A stretch of DNA of 64,000 bases from a virus: positions 68,977 through 132,976 of IMG/VR virus record IMGVR_UViG_3300049847_000494, one strand, 5' to 3'. Under the pieces are notes generated by a model. It was given only the letters and a program-made list of their open reading frames with translations, was not told the origin of the DNA and did no database searches. The position numbers were made by a program, and so were the translations under genes. Positions 9,485-18,600 of the stretch are shown in pieces (position 1 is the first letter of the stretch; every line of letters starts with the position of its first letter).

Positions 9485-10267
9485 TTAAGGCTGGACATCA
9501 GTTAATTTAAGCTTTTCTGCTAAATCAGGTCTGAAGCAGATAGCTGAATATATACAGTATTTGGCATTATCATCTGAGGGGCTCTGACAAATACCAGAAG
9601 GTAATACTTTTAGTTTTACACATTCTTTACCATAATTAAAAGCAGCGACTTGGTTATCCAGTGATGTTTTAATCACGGGTACAACGAATATTTTCCTTAG
9701 ATGTGGATTCTCTCTTGAGATATATAACATAACAATTTTATTTAAAGACCAGTCATACATCCTATTAAGTGCTGTAGCATATACTGAGGCTTGTAATGTC
9801 CATTCGTACCAAATAGGCTCTTTCATCTCTTGAATAGCTTTTGTACTTTTAGTTTTTATTTCTAATACTGAATTATGGTTTAAAAGAACCCCATCAACAA
9901 AACCACCTATACCATTCATTACTTTATCTATACGGTATTCCACATAATCAGGGTATTTTGTGCAAACAAGGCAGCGCTTAGCATGTTGATTATTTCTTGT
10001 AATACCACAACATTTCCAGTTACCGAATAGCAAACCAGCTTTACCAAGTTGTTTTTGTGTGATAGCGTGAATAGTATGACCTAAAGAAGTATAAAATTCA
10101 CCAGAATAATCCCAATAGTAACCAGCTTTTATATCATCTGTTGCATGTGTATAAATTGACAATTTTCTAGGACAGAAGGGCAAAGAAGATGGGCTGAATC
10201 TATGTTCGTAAATATTTAGGTCTTTTACCTGGAATGCTTCTGCTACTTCTTGGTCTATAGTTTTCAT
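9485..10267 (-). CDS. Solo Cas4-like PD-(D/E)XK exonuclease
   Basis: SPSSLPFCPRK; GFVDG...LEIKT; QxxxY (QASVY); C-terminal Cys cluster. Confidence 0.75.
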   Translation of the reverse strand: MKTIDQEVAEAFQVKDLNIYEHRFSPSSLPFCPRKLSIYTHATDDIKAGYYWDYSGEFYTSLGHTIHAITQKQLGKAGLLFGNWKCCGITRNNQHAKRCLVCTKYPDYVEYRIDKVMNGIGGFVDGVLLNHNSVLEIKTKSTKAIQEMKEPIWYEWTLQASVYATALNRMYDWSLNKIVMLYISRENPHLRKIFVVPVIKTSLDNQVAAFNYGKECVKLKVLPSGICQSPSDDNAKYCIYSAICFRPDLAEKLKLTDVQP

Positions 10268-11223
10268 TAGATACCTACATAGTTTTTAAACCAAGAAAGT
10301 TGGTCTGGTTTTAGGGCACCTGGGTCCTGCCCTTCAGGTAATACTACATTTTCAACATAATCAAAAACGCCTTCTAATGAATTTATTATAGATGGAGCAG
10401 CCATTTTACCTGCTGCATCACCATCCATACAAACATAGACTCGTTTAATTGAAGAGTTAGCTAGATATGCTAGCTTACTTTTAGACCAGTTATTTGTACC
10501 TAATATACAAAGAGCTGGAATACCTGCATTAATTAGGGCGAGAGCATCTATCTGACCTTCAACTAAAACAACGGTGTGTGGACTGTCTTTAATAACGTAA
10601 TCATACGGGTATAGTATCTTTTTAGCTTCAGCCCAGGGTGCATTATAGTACTTAGTGATGGTTTTATTATCTAACCTTCTACCTGTGTATCCTACTAAGC
10701 GTTTATTTTGATAAAAAGGTAATAATAAACGGGGCGTACTATATGTAATAGTACACCCCTGCTTTTCTACTTCTACTGTATGATTCCAGTACTTAGCACC
10801 AAGGCTCGTCAGGAAATCTAACGATAGCCCTCTGTAACTAGCTTCACTCCAAGGGCTTATATTGGTAGGTAAGGCGCCTGGTTTTTCTAAATCTTTTATT
10901 GGCTTAAATTCTTCAACTATTTCTTTATAAAGCTGAGCTGAGAAATTGGTTGTTGAAGCTTGTAAAGAGTAACAACCTTGGGTTGTACTCTTTAATGTTT
11001 GTAATCCAGCTAGCTTAGCAAACTTATCCCAGGATCCTGACCAATCACAAACCCAACAGTGTACGCGTTTACCATCTTTAGAAATTTCTAACTTGAGCTT
11101 GTTTCTGGTTTCAAGTGAAGGGCAGCTTGGGTTGATACAAGCCGTAGCGAAATCTTTTCGCTTTTCAATAAAGTATCTACCAGAGCTACGTAGCTCTTGT
11201 TGGATTATCTGGTAAGGCAGCAT
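10267..11223 (-). CDS. DnaG-type DNA primase
   Basis: N-terminal Zn finger (CINPSC...CWVC); TOPRIM motifs VEGQIDAL and MDGDAAG; GQDPG. Confidence 0.88.
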   Translation of the reverse strand: MLPYQIIQQELRSSGRYFIEKRKDFATACINPSCPSLETRNKLKLEISKDGKRVHCWVCDWSGSWDKFAKLAGLQTLKSTTQGCYSLQASTTNFSAQLYKEIVEEFKPIKDLEKPGALPTNISPWSEASYRGLSLDFLTSLGAKYWNHTVEVEKQGCTITYSTPRLLLPFYQNKRLVGYTGRRLDNKTITKYYNAPWAEAKKILYPYDYVIKDSPHTVVLVEGQIDALALINAGIPALCILGTNNWSKSKLAYLANSSIKRVYVCMDGDAAGKMAAPSIINSLEGVFDYVENVVLPEGQDPGALKPDQLSWFKNYVGI

Positions 11224-11243
11224 GACAACTACCTTTACATGAT

Positions 11244-11561
11244 TCAGTCGTGGTTCAATATACTTTTAGTTTGCTTAACCCAACTAAGCAAAGATTGCTT
11301 TAATTGTTCTCCTTCTAACTGTGGTATTAAATTCTCTATAAAAGGTGAAATAGCTTCCAACAGAGAAATATGTACATGAGGTGTAACCAACAGTTGAATC
11401 AGTGCCAAATTTTTATCAGGTGATGATAATATATCTTGATCAAGAGCTATTTTAGCGAGTTCTGTTATAGAACCGGCTACACCTTCTGTGAAGTAGGTGA
11501 TAACCTTATCACTATTTTCTTGTGTTATAGTATATTTAATTAGATTTTCTGAAATTAGCAT
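11244..11561 (-). CDS. Hypothetical protein
   Basis: 105-aa ORF in the operon. Confidence 0.5.
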   Translation of the reverse strand: MLISENLIKYTITQENSDKVITYFTEGVAGSITELAKIALDQDILSSPDKNLALIQLLVTPHVHISLLEAISPFIENLIPQLEGEQLKQSLLSWVKQTKSILNHD

Positions 11562-11564
11562 TGT

Positions 11565-12695
11565 TTATTTAAACTCATCATTATATACTTTTTTGACATA
11601 TTTTGGATTAGCAAATTCTTGACTAACCGATTGTGATATTGTAGAACCTACTGATTCTTTTTGAGAACTCGGTGGTAATACGAAATCAATAAATTTATTT
11701 TTAGTTTGTTTTTCTGTTGTTGTAGCTGCCAGAGCATCAGCCTCTGCTTTATCTGCTGCAGCTTGTTCCTGAGCTTCGAATTTTGATTTTTCAAATTGTG
11801 CTTTATACAAAGCTTCTTGTTTGTTTGCTAATTCATCTGTTAGAGATTGTACTTTAGGTGCTGTTACCCTGGTTGTCCAACTACTGATAAGGTCTTCACT
11901 ACTTGAAAACTTAGGATCTGTAGAACTTACACGAAAAGTAGCGTTCCATTCAATAGAAGCTGGTTTAGCTGCTGATTCATTAACTGATATGGTTACACCA
12001 GGTTCAAAAAACCCTTTCAAAACTATATTAGGATATAACAAAGTTTGATATGTTATAATTACGTGATTAGGTTTACCATTGGATAGTATTTTTTGCTCAT
12101 CTAATATAGAGAAAAAATCATAATAATCAACTAAACCAGGTGGTAACGTTGGTATAGTTTTATTAGCATCAGAAATAGGAATAAGATTACCAGTTTGGAA
12201 AGTAAATTCTATAGAGGGGTTGTCAAAAAAAGTATCTCTGGAGTCGTCACGCCAGTAATGTGATATGTGCCCGCTACGAGACTGTTGAATAGTACCACGT
12301 TGGTTAAATTTCCATGTAATACTCTTAGGACCAGCCCAAAATAACAAAGGAAGTAACTGCCGAGATTTAGTAGTTACTTTATTACCAGCTAGAGCAGCAC
12401 TAGTTAATGAGGCATCTAACCTAGAATCTATGTTTGTTTTCTTCTCTTTATCGGTTATATCTGTTCTACTTTGATCAAATTTAGTTTGTCTATATACAGT
12501 CGTTATAATCATGGGAGCATAAACGTTAGTAGACCTACCGTTTTTGCTAACTGCATTAATCTTATCATTTTGTGTAGCAATATCATCTCTAAGCCTAGAG
12601 ATATCACCCGTAAGCTTAACAACATCATTAGTAAGATCTACTTGTCGTAGCCCTGAGTTTATAGCAGCAGATAATACGGTAGCGGGGTCTGCCAT
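11565..12695 (-). CDS. Putative tail/baseplate structural protein
   Basis: The central beta-rich segment (PKSITWKFNQR...IEFTFQTG) resembles tail-tube-fold baseplate proteins; this is inference only. Confidence 0.35.
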   Translation of the reverse strand: MADPATVLSAAINSGLRQVDLTNDVVKLTGDISRLRDDIATQNDKINAVSKNGRSTNVYAPMIITTVYRQTKFDQSRTDITDKEKKTNIDSRLDASLTSAALAGNKVTTKSRQLLPLLFWAGPKSITWKFNQRGTIQQSRSGHISHYWRDDSRDTFFDNPSIEFTFQTGNLIPISDANKTIPTLPPGLVDYYDFFSILDEQKILSNGKPNHVIITYQTLLYPNIVLKGFFEPGVTISVNESAAKPASIEWNATFRVSSTDPKFSSSEDLISSWTTRVTAPKVQSLTDELANKQEALYKAQFEKSKFEAQEQAAADKAEADALAATTTEKQTKNKFIDFVLPPSSQKESVGSTISQSVSQEFANPKYVKKVYNDEFK

Positions 12696-12707
12696 GATAC
12701 CTCTAAT

Positions 12708-12736
12708 ACCAACTTCTAGGTATTCTAGAAGTTGGT
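12708..12736. promoter_or_regulatory. Perfect 12-bp intergenic hairpin (terminator or processing site)
   Basis: ACCAACTTCTAG-gtatt-CTAGAAGTTGGT directly upstream of the GAGG RBS of the next gene; no clear U tract. Confidence 0.55.
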
Positions 12737-12750
12737 GCTAAAAAGTTATA

Positions 12751-13455
12751 TTATTCAGAATCTTCGTAGAATTCAGAATTCTGCTGCCCTCTACGGGTAG
12801 CAAACTCTTTCTTAGCGTAGGTCTCAACTAGACCAGTGGTGTTAGCCACAAGATAAGCGAGATCTGCATCCGTTAGGTCAATAGTTTCTAAATCACTACG
12901 AACTTCACGAGCTTTCTTTTCTCGACTATTTAAAGCTTCAACAAGAACCTTGACACGAGCTTGTACATCACCGTCATCATCAGACTTTAGAATCTTAACA
13001 TCATCAAAATCTTCTGAATCTTCAGGTAAATTGCTTGGCTTATCCCCAGCTACAATTGCTGATCCCTGCTTATGATATAATAGCTCATCATCCTTATTTC
13101 CTAGCTCACGCAACTGAGCTATTTCAGGATTATTGTACTCTTGTCGAGAAAATGCTCGGTGCACATCCTCTGCTGCATGAGGATTATTTTCATAGTATAC
13201 TTGAGCTTCTGTAGTAGAAACAAGCTGAATGACCTTTTTGTTTATAAGGTCACGTAAAGCTGTACTATGACGTAGTGTTTCGGGTGTTACGCGATCAGAA
13301 ATACAAACAGGATGATTGATAGGAGGCAAAATCAGTTTGACAACTTGACCTGACCTATCTGTCATAGCTAATACAATTTGTCCACGTGGCTTATGGATAT
13401 TCTTGACCCAAACAGGCTTATTCTCATCAAGAATTTGATCGATATGCTTAATCAT
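12751..13455 (-). CDS. Hypothetical protein (probable start 13455)
   Basis: An AAGGAG RBS precedes the ATG at 13455 (MIKHID...), not the one at 13494. Confidence 0.6.
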   Translation of the reverse strand: MIKHIDQILDENKPVWVKNIHKPRGQIVLAMTDRSGQVVKLILPPINHPVCISDRVTPETLRHSTALRDLINKKVIQLVSTTEAQVYYENNPHAAEDVHRAFSRQEYNNPEIAQLRELGNKDDELLYHKQGSAIVAGDKPSNLPEDSEDFDDVKILKSDDDGDVQARVKVLVEALNSREKKAREVRSDLETIDLTDADLAYLVANTTGLVETYAKKEFATRRGQQNSEFYEDSE

Positions 13456-13576
13456 TATTAGACTCCTTAATTTCTTTTTTAAGATCTGCATCATCAGATT
13501 CTTCTAGATCCTTCTTTTTAGGAAGGCTAGATTCTTCTAACTTATCAGAAGGTACGACTACACCATATTTAATCAT
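13448..13576 (-). CDS. Small charged 42-aa protein, below the ORF-track cutoff
   Basis: MIKYGVVVPSDKLEESSLPKKKDLEESDDADLKKEIKESNND; overlaps the next start; preceded by AAACATGTAAA. Confidence 0.45.
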   Translation of the reverse strand: MIKYGVVVPSDKLEESSLPKKKDLEESDDADLKKEIKESNND

Positions 13577-13655
13577 TTTATCTACCAACTAACTTTTACA
13601 TGTTTTATGTAGCTAAAGACTTAGCTAATAACTAAATAAGGAGTATTCCCTGAAA

Positions 13656-14159
13656 TTAGGAAGTTTTAGCTTTTAAAAATCGATACAAAGAAATAGGTGT
13701 AACCGCTGAAGGATCTAAGGTGTCTGCTTTGGGATAGTTAATAAATTGTAATAAACGAACTAAAGCTTCTGAGCAAAACATAGCTTTAGTATTAAAGGGA
13801 TTACGCCATTTAAGTTTAAACAGATGACCAAACAATACAACTAAAACACCAACTACACCCAAATAATCGTAACGCCGTCCAAGCCATGATATTGCTTTAC
13901 GCAAAGCTACAGCCTCAATTTGAGGTAGAGGGACAATATAAACAATTTCATGCTTTTTTGCAAAAGCTTCTAGTGAGATCAGGTGAAAACCAGCAGGTAC
14001 AGCTTCTAAGATCATATCTGTATCTAAAAAAGAATTCTTTATAATAAAGAAAGTATGACTGACATTACTCCGAGTAAAAAACCGTATTAGTTTGGAACCA
14101 ATACTACGACTTTTAGAAAAGCCGATACTTACAGCTGTAGTGGTCATTAGTTCCTCCAA
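13656..14159 (-). CDS. Permuted papain-like NlpC/P60 (YiiX/YaeF family) enzyme
   Basis: His (VSHTF) precedes YDY and the catalytic Cys (FCSE); C-terminal TP. Confidence 0.8.
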   Translation of the reverse strand: MEELMTTTAVSIGFSKSRSIGSKLIRFFTRSNVSHTFFIIKNSFLDTDMILEAVPAGFHLISLEAFAKKHEIVYIVPLPQIEAVALRKAISWLGRRYDYLGVVGVLVVLFGHLFKLKWRNPFNTKAMFCSEALVRLLQFINYPKADTLDPSAVTPISLYRFLKAKTS

Positions 14160-14452
14160 TGATCAAGTGCATACCAAATGAACAGTAATCCAACAACACA
14201 CGTTAAAGGATCGCTAATCCAAGCATTAAGCCAGGATTCTGGGGTAAGCCAAACATCAGGTTTACGTGGTTCCATGATACGCTCAAAAACTTCCCATACA
14301 AAAGCTACACCTAAGCAGGCACCCATAGAAATCCAACGATTCCAATGGAAAGACCAAGAAATAGAGCCCATGTAAATCCAAAAACTAACATGAACTATCG
14401 TCCAGACATCTAAAAAAGTTCTACCTGTTTTTATTGGATATAACCACTCCAT
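14147..14452 (-). CDS. Small membrane protein (probable start 14452)
   Basis: GGAGG RBS before MEWLYP; three hydrophobic helices with polar D/H/WE/ES..N motifs. Confidence 0.6.
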   Translation of the reverse strand: MEWLYPIKTGRTFLDVWTIVHVSFWIYMGSISWSFHWNRWISMGACLGVAFVWEVFERIMEPRKPDVWLTPESWLNAWISDPLTCVVGLLFIWYALDHWRN

Positions 14453-14474
14453 ATTACCTCCAAAGCTACTAAAC

Positions 14475-15653
14475 TTAAGACTCTGGTTCTGACTTACAAT
14501 AAAAAGCTGCTGTAGCCATCCAACCACCAAAAACACAATCGTGTTCTAAGAACACTCGGATCTCCATACCCTTGGATGAAAATAAAGAAATACTTGTAAG
14601 ATAATCCCAATCAAATACTGTAACAGCTTGTTGTTGAGACCTCCAATTACTAGGAGATCCCATAGCAGGATAAGCTACGTAAGACCTAAAAGCATCATTT
14701 TGAAAATCACTAAGAGCTTTATAAGCTACACGTTGTAGTCGAATTTTATAACCAATACCATAAGGTATGCCATAGGCTGTCATTTGAGCTGACGTAAGGA
14801 AAAAATCGGCAATACCCCATACTTCAAAAATAACAGAGTCATTAACTTCTACATCTAGAGAAAATTGACATTCAGCTATTTCAAGACAAAGTTTTTTACC
14901 TGTAGCTGGTGCTATTGTAAAGCGACTAGCTGTACCATTAGCTAATGCCAAGTTAACCCAGTGGTATGTAACATTAACTTGATCTGTCGCAGTTAACGCA
15001 GAAAGAAATGTTATTTCACCAGTATCATAATTTACTGTAAAATCTCCACCAGTACCAAAATGAGGATCTTGTTCGACTTTGTTTACAGCAGATCCGCCTT
15101 GCGGTGTTACAGTAACATGAACGCGATAATCATGTCCTTGCGCATCTACTAAGTTATCTTCCCCTGTAATTCTACCATGATAAGTATCTATGAGGGGACT
15201 ATGAGCTAATTTATAAATCGTATGTGATCCTAAATCTGTCGCTACCTCATTTGAAACATATGTAGATTTGGGATACCAGGTAGTAGGATCAGTGTAATCA
15301 CAAGAAAAAAAGTTTATACGATCCCCACTTGTCTTTTCATTAGCAATACGTAGTTTTCCATCATCGGTTAACTTATGAAGAGGCTCATTAAACTTTGATT
15401 TATAATAGGTTTCAAAATCTGCCTTATCCGTATTATTTTGTGATTGACTATATTCATTTTCCAAGGTATAAGGTATAACATCTTTCCAGATCGTACAAAG
15501 ATGGACTTCTGTTGCATCGTAAAACCAAACAGTATATACTATACCATCATCATCGTACTGCGGAATAGCTTTCCGTGATATAAGAGCAGATTTCCAAGCT
15601 ACCCATCGATAAAACCGTTGTGTTAAATTAGATCCAAATATAACATTTGGCAT
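14475..15653 (-). CDS. Putative virion structural protein
   Basis: DFTVNYDTGEITF motif of a type common in phage structural proteins; adjacent to the fibre gene. Confidence 0.5.
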   Translation of the reverse strand: MPNVIFGSNLTQRFYRWVAWKSALISRKAIPQYDDDGIVYTVWFYDATEVHLCTIWKDVIPYTLENEYSQSQNNTDKADFETYYKSKFNEPLHKLTDDGKLRIANEKTSGDRINFFSCDYTDPTTWYPKSTYVSNEVATDLGSHTIYKLAHSPLIDTYHGRITGEDNLVDAQGHDYRVHVTVTPQGGSAVNKVEQDPHFGTGGDFTVNYDTGEITFLSALTATDQVNVTYHWVNLALANGTASRFTIAPATGKKLCLEIAECQFSLDVEVNDSVIFEVWGIADFFLTSAQMTAYGIPYGIGYKIRLQRVAYKALSDFQNDAFRSYVAYPAMGSPSNWRSQQQAVTVFDWDYLTSISLFSSKGMEIRVFLEHDCVFGGWMATAAFYCKSEPES

Positions 15654-15664
15654 ATATCTATCCT

Positions 15665-18600
15665 TTATGCATCATAACTATCAAAAGATCCTGTATAAGT
15701 AATGCTAGTTGCACTAGATGTAGTTACATACATTACTATACGTGCTGGACCCGTTACTTGAACTACCGATCCGTAGTTCCGAGGTAGCGAGTTTACAGCA
15801 CCAGATATTCGGATAAAGTCCGATATTTGTACTTCACCAGAATTAGCTACTATATTTTTTCTCTTTAGTACAGCAACACTCGTTCCACCTGAAACCGTAG
15901 AATTGTTACCGTGAAACACGCTAGTTACGTTACCTGTTTTACCTGATTGTATATAATGATGAGCCCAAAATGTTCTATTATCGGTAGCGGCTATGGTCCC
16001 TACCAAAGTTCCACCACCTGCTGCCCCTGTGAATAGGGATATAATGCCAGCATTAGCACCCCCTGTGCCCCATGTTAATCCTTCTATTTTATCTATGAAA
16101 CATTTAGTAGTAGTCACTAAGTTCACAGGTGTTGTACCATTTAAAGTTACATCTTCTGTACCAACTGTGGCACCTGTGGAATCCATCCAAGTTATGCGTA
16201 AACTACGCATACCAGTACCAGCAGCAGCATCAGCCGCGTTATTTGATGAAACGGACCCAGTAAAGTTTGTAGTTTGTTCTGTATATGCTGTACGTCGAAT
16301 AGCAGCAGTAGTAACCGAGCTAAGAGCCACATCACCCATAGATAAGAGAGGCGTTGAATTAAGTGGAGAAGTAGTTGTGGGGATCGCAGGTTGATTTGGT
16401 GATAGAACAACAACTAAAGCACGATCACCTACAACAGGCGCTGTAGAAGCAGCTTTAACAGCAACAGGACCAGTTGTACCGTCTGATATTTGATAAAATA
16501 TAGCTCTACTTACAGCATCACCTGTAGGCATAGCATTAGTACCGTCCGTTACACGGACGGGCCAATTTCCAGAAAGAGCTGCAGCAGTGCCTTGGTTAGC
16601 TGTTACTGTACCATCAACAGTAAGTGACCCGCCATTATCAGTAACCGGTATAGCTGTTTGGTTACTAGCAATAACAACAGGAGATGAAGCTGCCATGGTA
16701 GCTTGACCTGCAGCTAATGTCTTGGTATTAATTGCAGTTAAGGTTGTTTCGGTAGCAGCTCCAGTAGGTAAGGGTAAGGAAGCTGCACTTACTGGTTGAG
16801 TTACACTTGAGCCATCAACTCGTAAATTACCAGTAGTAGTTAGCGATAAAAAGTTTAGTTGCCCTGTAGTATATGAAGGGGCTGCTGTCGTTACAGATCC
16901 TCCTATAGACGTTGCTTGAGCTGGTGGTGCAGAACCTGTTGCACTAACGCTAGGGTTGCTAGCAACAATTGGGTTATTAGGGCTAATAGCTACTACTAAA
17001 GCAGGGTCAGCAGCAACAGCAGCTGTACTTGCTGCTTTTACAGCTACTAAGGTAGTACCATCTGTAATACGAGTTCGCTGATTATTACCAGTTAGGGTTG
17101 CATCAAGGGCTAAACCATTAGTAGTACCAATGTTAGCTGTTACTGTACCAGTTATAGGTTGAGTAGTAGTACCTGTAGGATCAATTCTTAGTGGATCTGT
17201 TGATGTACCTGCTTCGACAGTACCACCAGAAGCAGATTTTCTTATTATAGCTCCAAGTACATACTGAGTACCAGCACCCGTATCACCGTCAAATACTCGA
17301 ATACTTCGTAAGTTAGTACCATCAGATCCACCAATCTGGGTCGAGGATCCTGGTATTGCTACGTTGTTAGTACTTACTGACGGGTTAGTTGCGGTTAAGC
17401 TACTATTAGGGCTAATAGCTACTACAAGCGCTGGGTCGGTAGCTACGGGGGCAGTAGAAGCAGCTTTAACAGCAGCTGTATTCGTACCATCGTTTAACTT
17501 TGTTGTTTGGTTACCTATAATTGTTTGATTTGCAGAAGTTGCAGCACCTGTAGGTAAAGGTAAAGAAGCTGCTGACACTGGTTGTGTTGTTGTCCCTGTA
17601 GGATCAATTCTTAATGGATCAGCAGATGTACCCGCTTCTACAGTACCGCCTGAAGCTGACTTCCTTAATATTGCACCAAGTACATACTGTGTACCAGCAC
17701 CCGTATCTCCATCAAATACTCGAATACTTTGAAGGTTGGTACCATCAGATCCCCCTATTTGTGTAGAGGATCCAGGTATAGCAGAGTTATTAGTGCTTAC
17801 AGAAGGGTTAGTTGCTGTTATACTGCTATTAGGGCTAATAGCTACTACAAGAGCAGGATCGGCTGCTACAGCTGCGGTGCTTGCGGCTTTAACAGCAGCC
17901 GTATTGGTACCATCAGTTACCCTGGTAGTTTGGGTACCACCCGTTAGAGTAGCGTTAAGAGCCAAACCATTAGTTGTCCCAATATTAGCAGTGACGGTAA
18001 ATGAGCTTTGATCTGAAGCTATTACTACTGGGGTACTGTTAGCCATGGTCTTTTGACCAAGAGTATTAATTCTACTTGTAAAGGTAGAATCTGCTAATCT
18101 GGAAGCTAAAGTTGTCTCAGTAGCTGCACCTGTAGGTAAGGGTAGAGAAGCTGCACTTATTGGTTGTGTAGTAGTTCCTGTAGGATCAATTCTTAGTGGA
18201 TCAGCTGATGTACCAGCTTCGACTGTACCACCAGAAGCTGACTTCCTTAGTATTGCACCAAGTACATATTGGGTACCAGCCCCTGTATCCCCATCAAATA
18301 CTCGGATACTTTGTAGGTTCGTACCATCAGATCCACCCATTTGGGTAGATGATCCAGGTATTGTAGAGTTATTAGTACTTACTGAGGGATTGGTTGCTGT
18401 TACTGTACCAGATATAGGAACGGTTTGACCACCAGAGACTCCTTGAATGCTGACTACACCACCAGATGGTGTACCTGCTGTACCTAACCCTACGATTGTA
18501 GCATTTAGGTTTGAAGCTGTTGCTTGAGTTACCGCATTTGTCCAAGTACCAGATTGAGTAACAGCTACCGTATTATTAGGGCTTATAGCTACTACAAGAG

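Noticed and set aside
9485-10267. Cas4-like gene as evidence of a CRISPR-Cas system
   Set aside because: No repeat-spacer array or other cas genes are visible; solo Cas4-like nucleases beside replication genes are common in phages.
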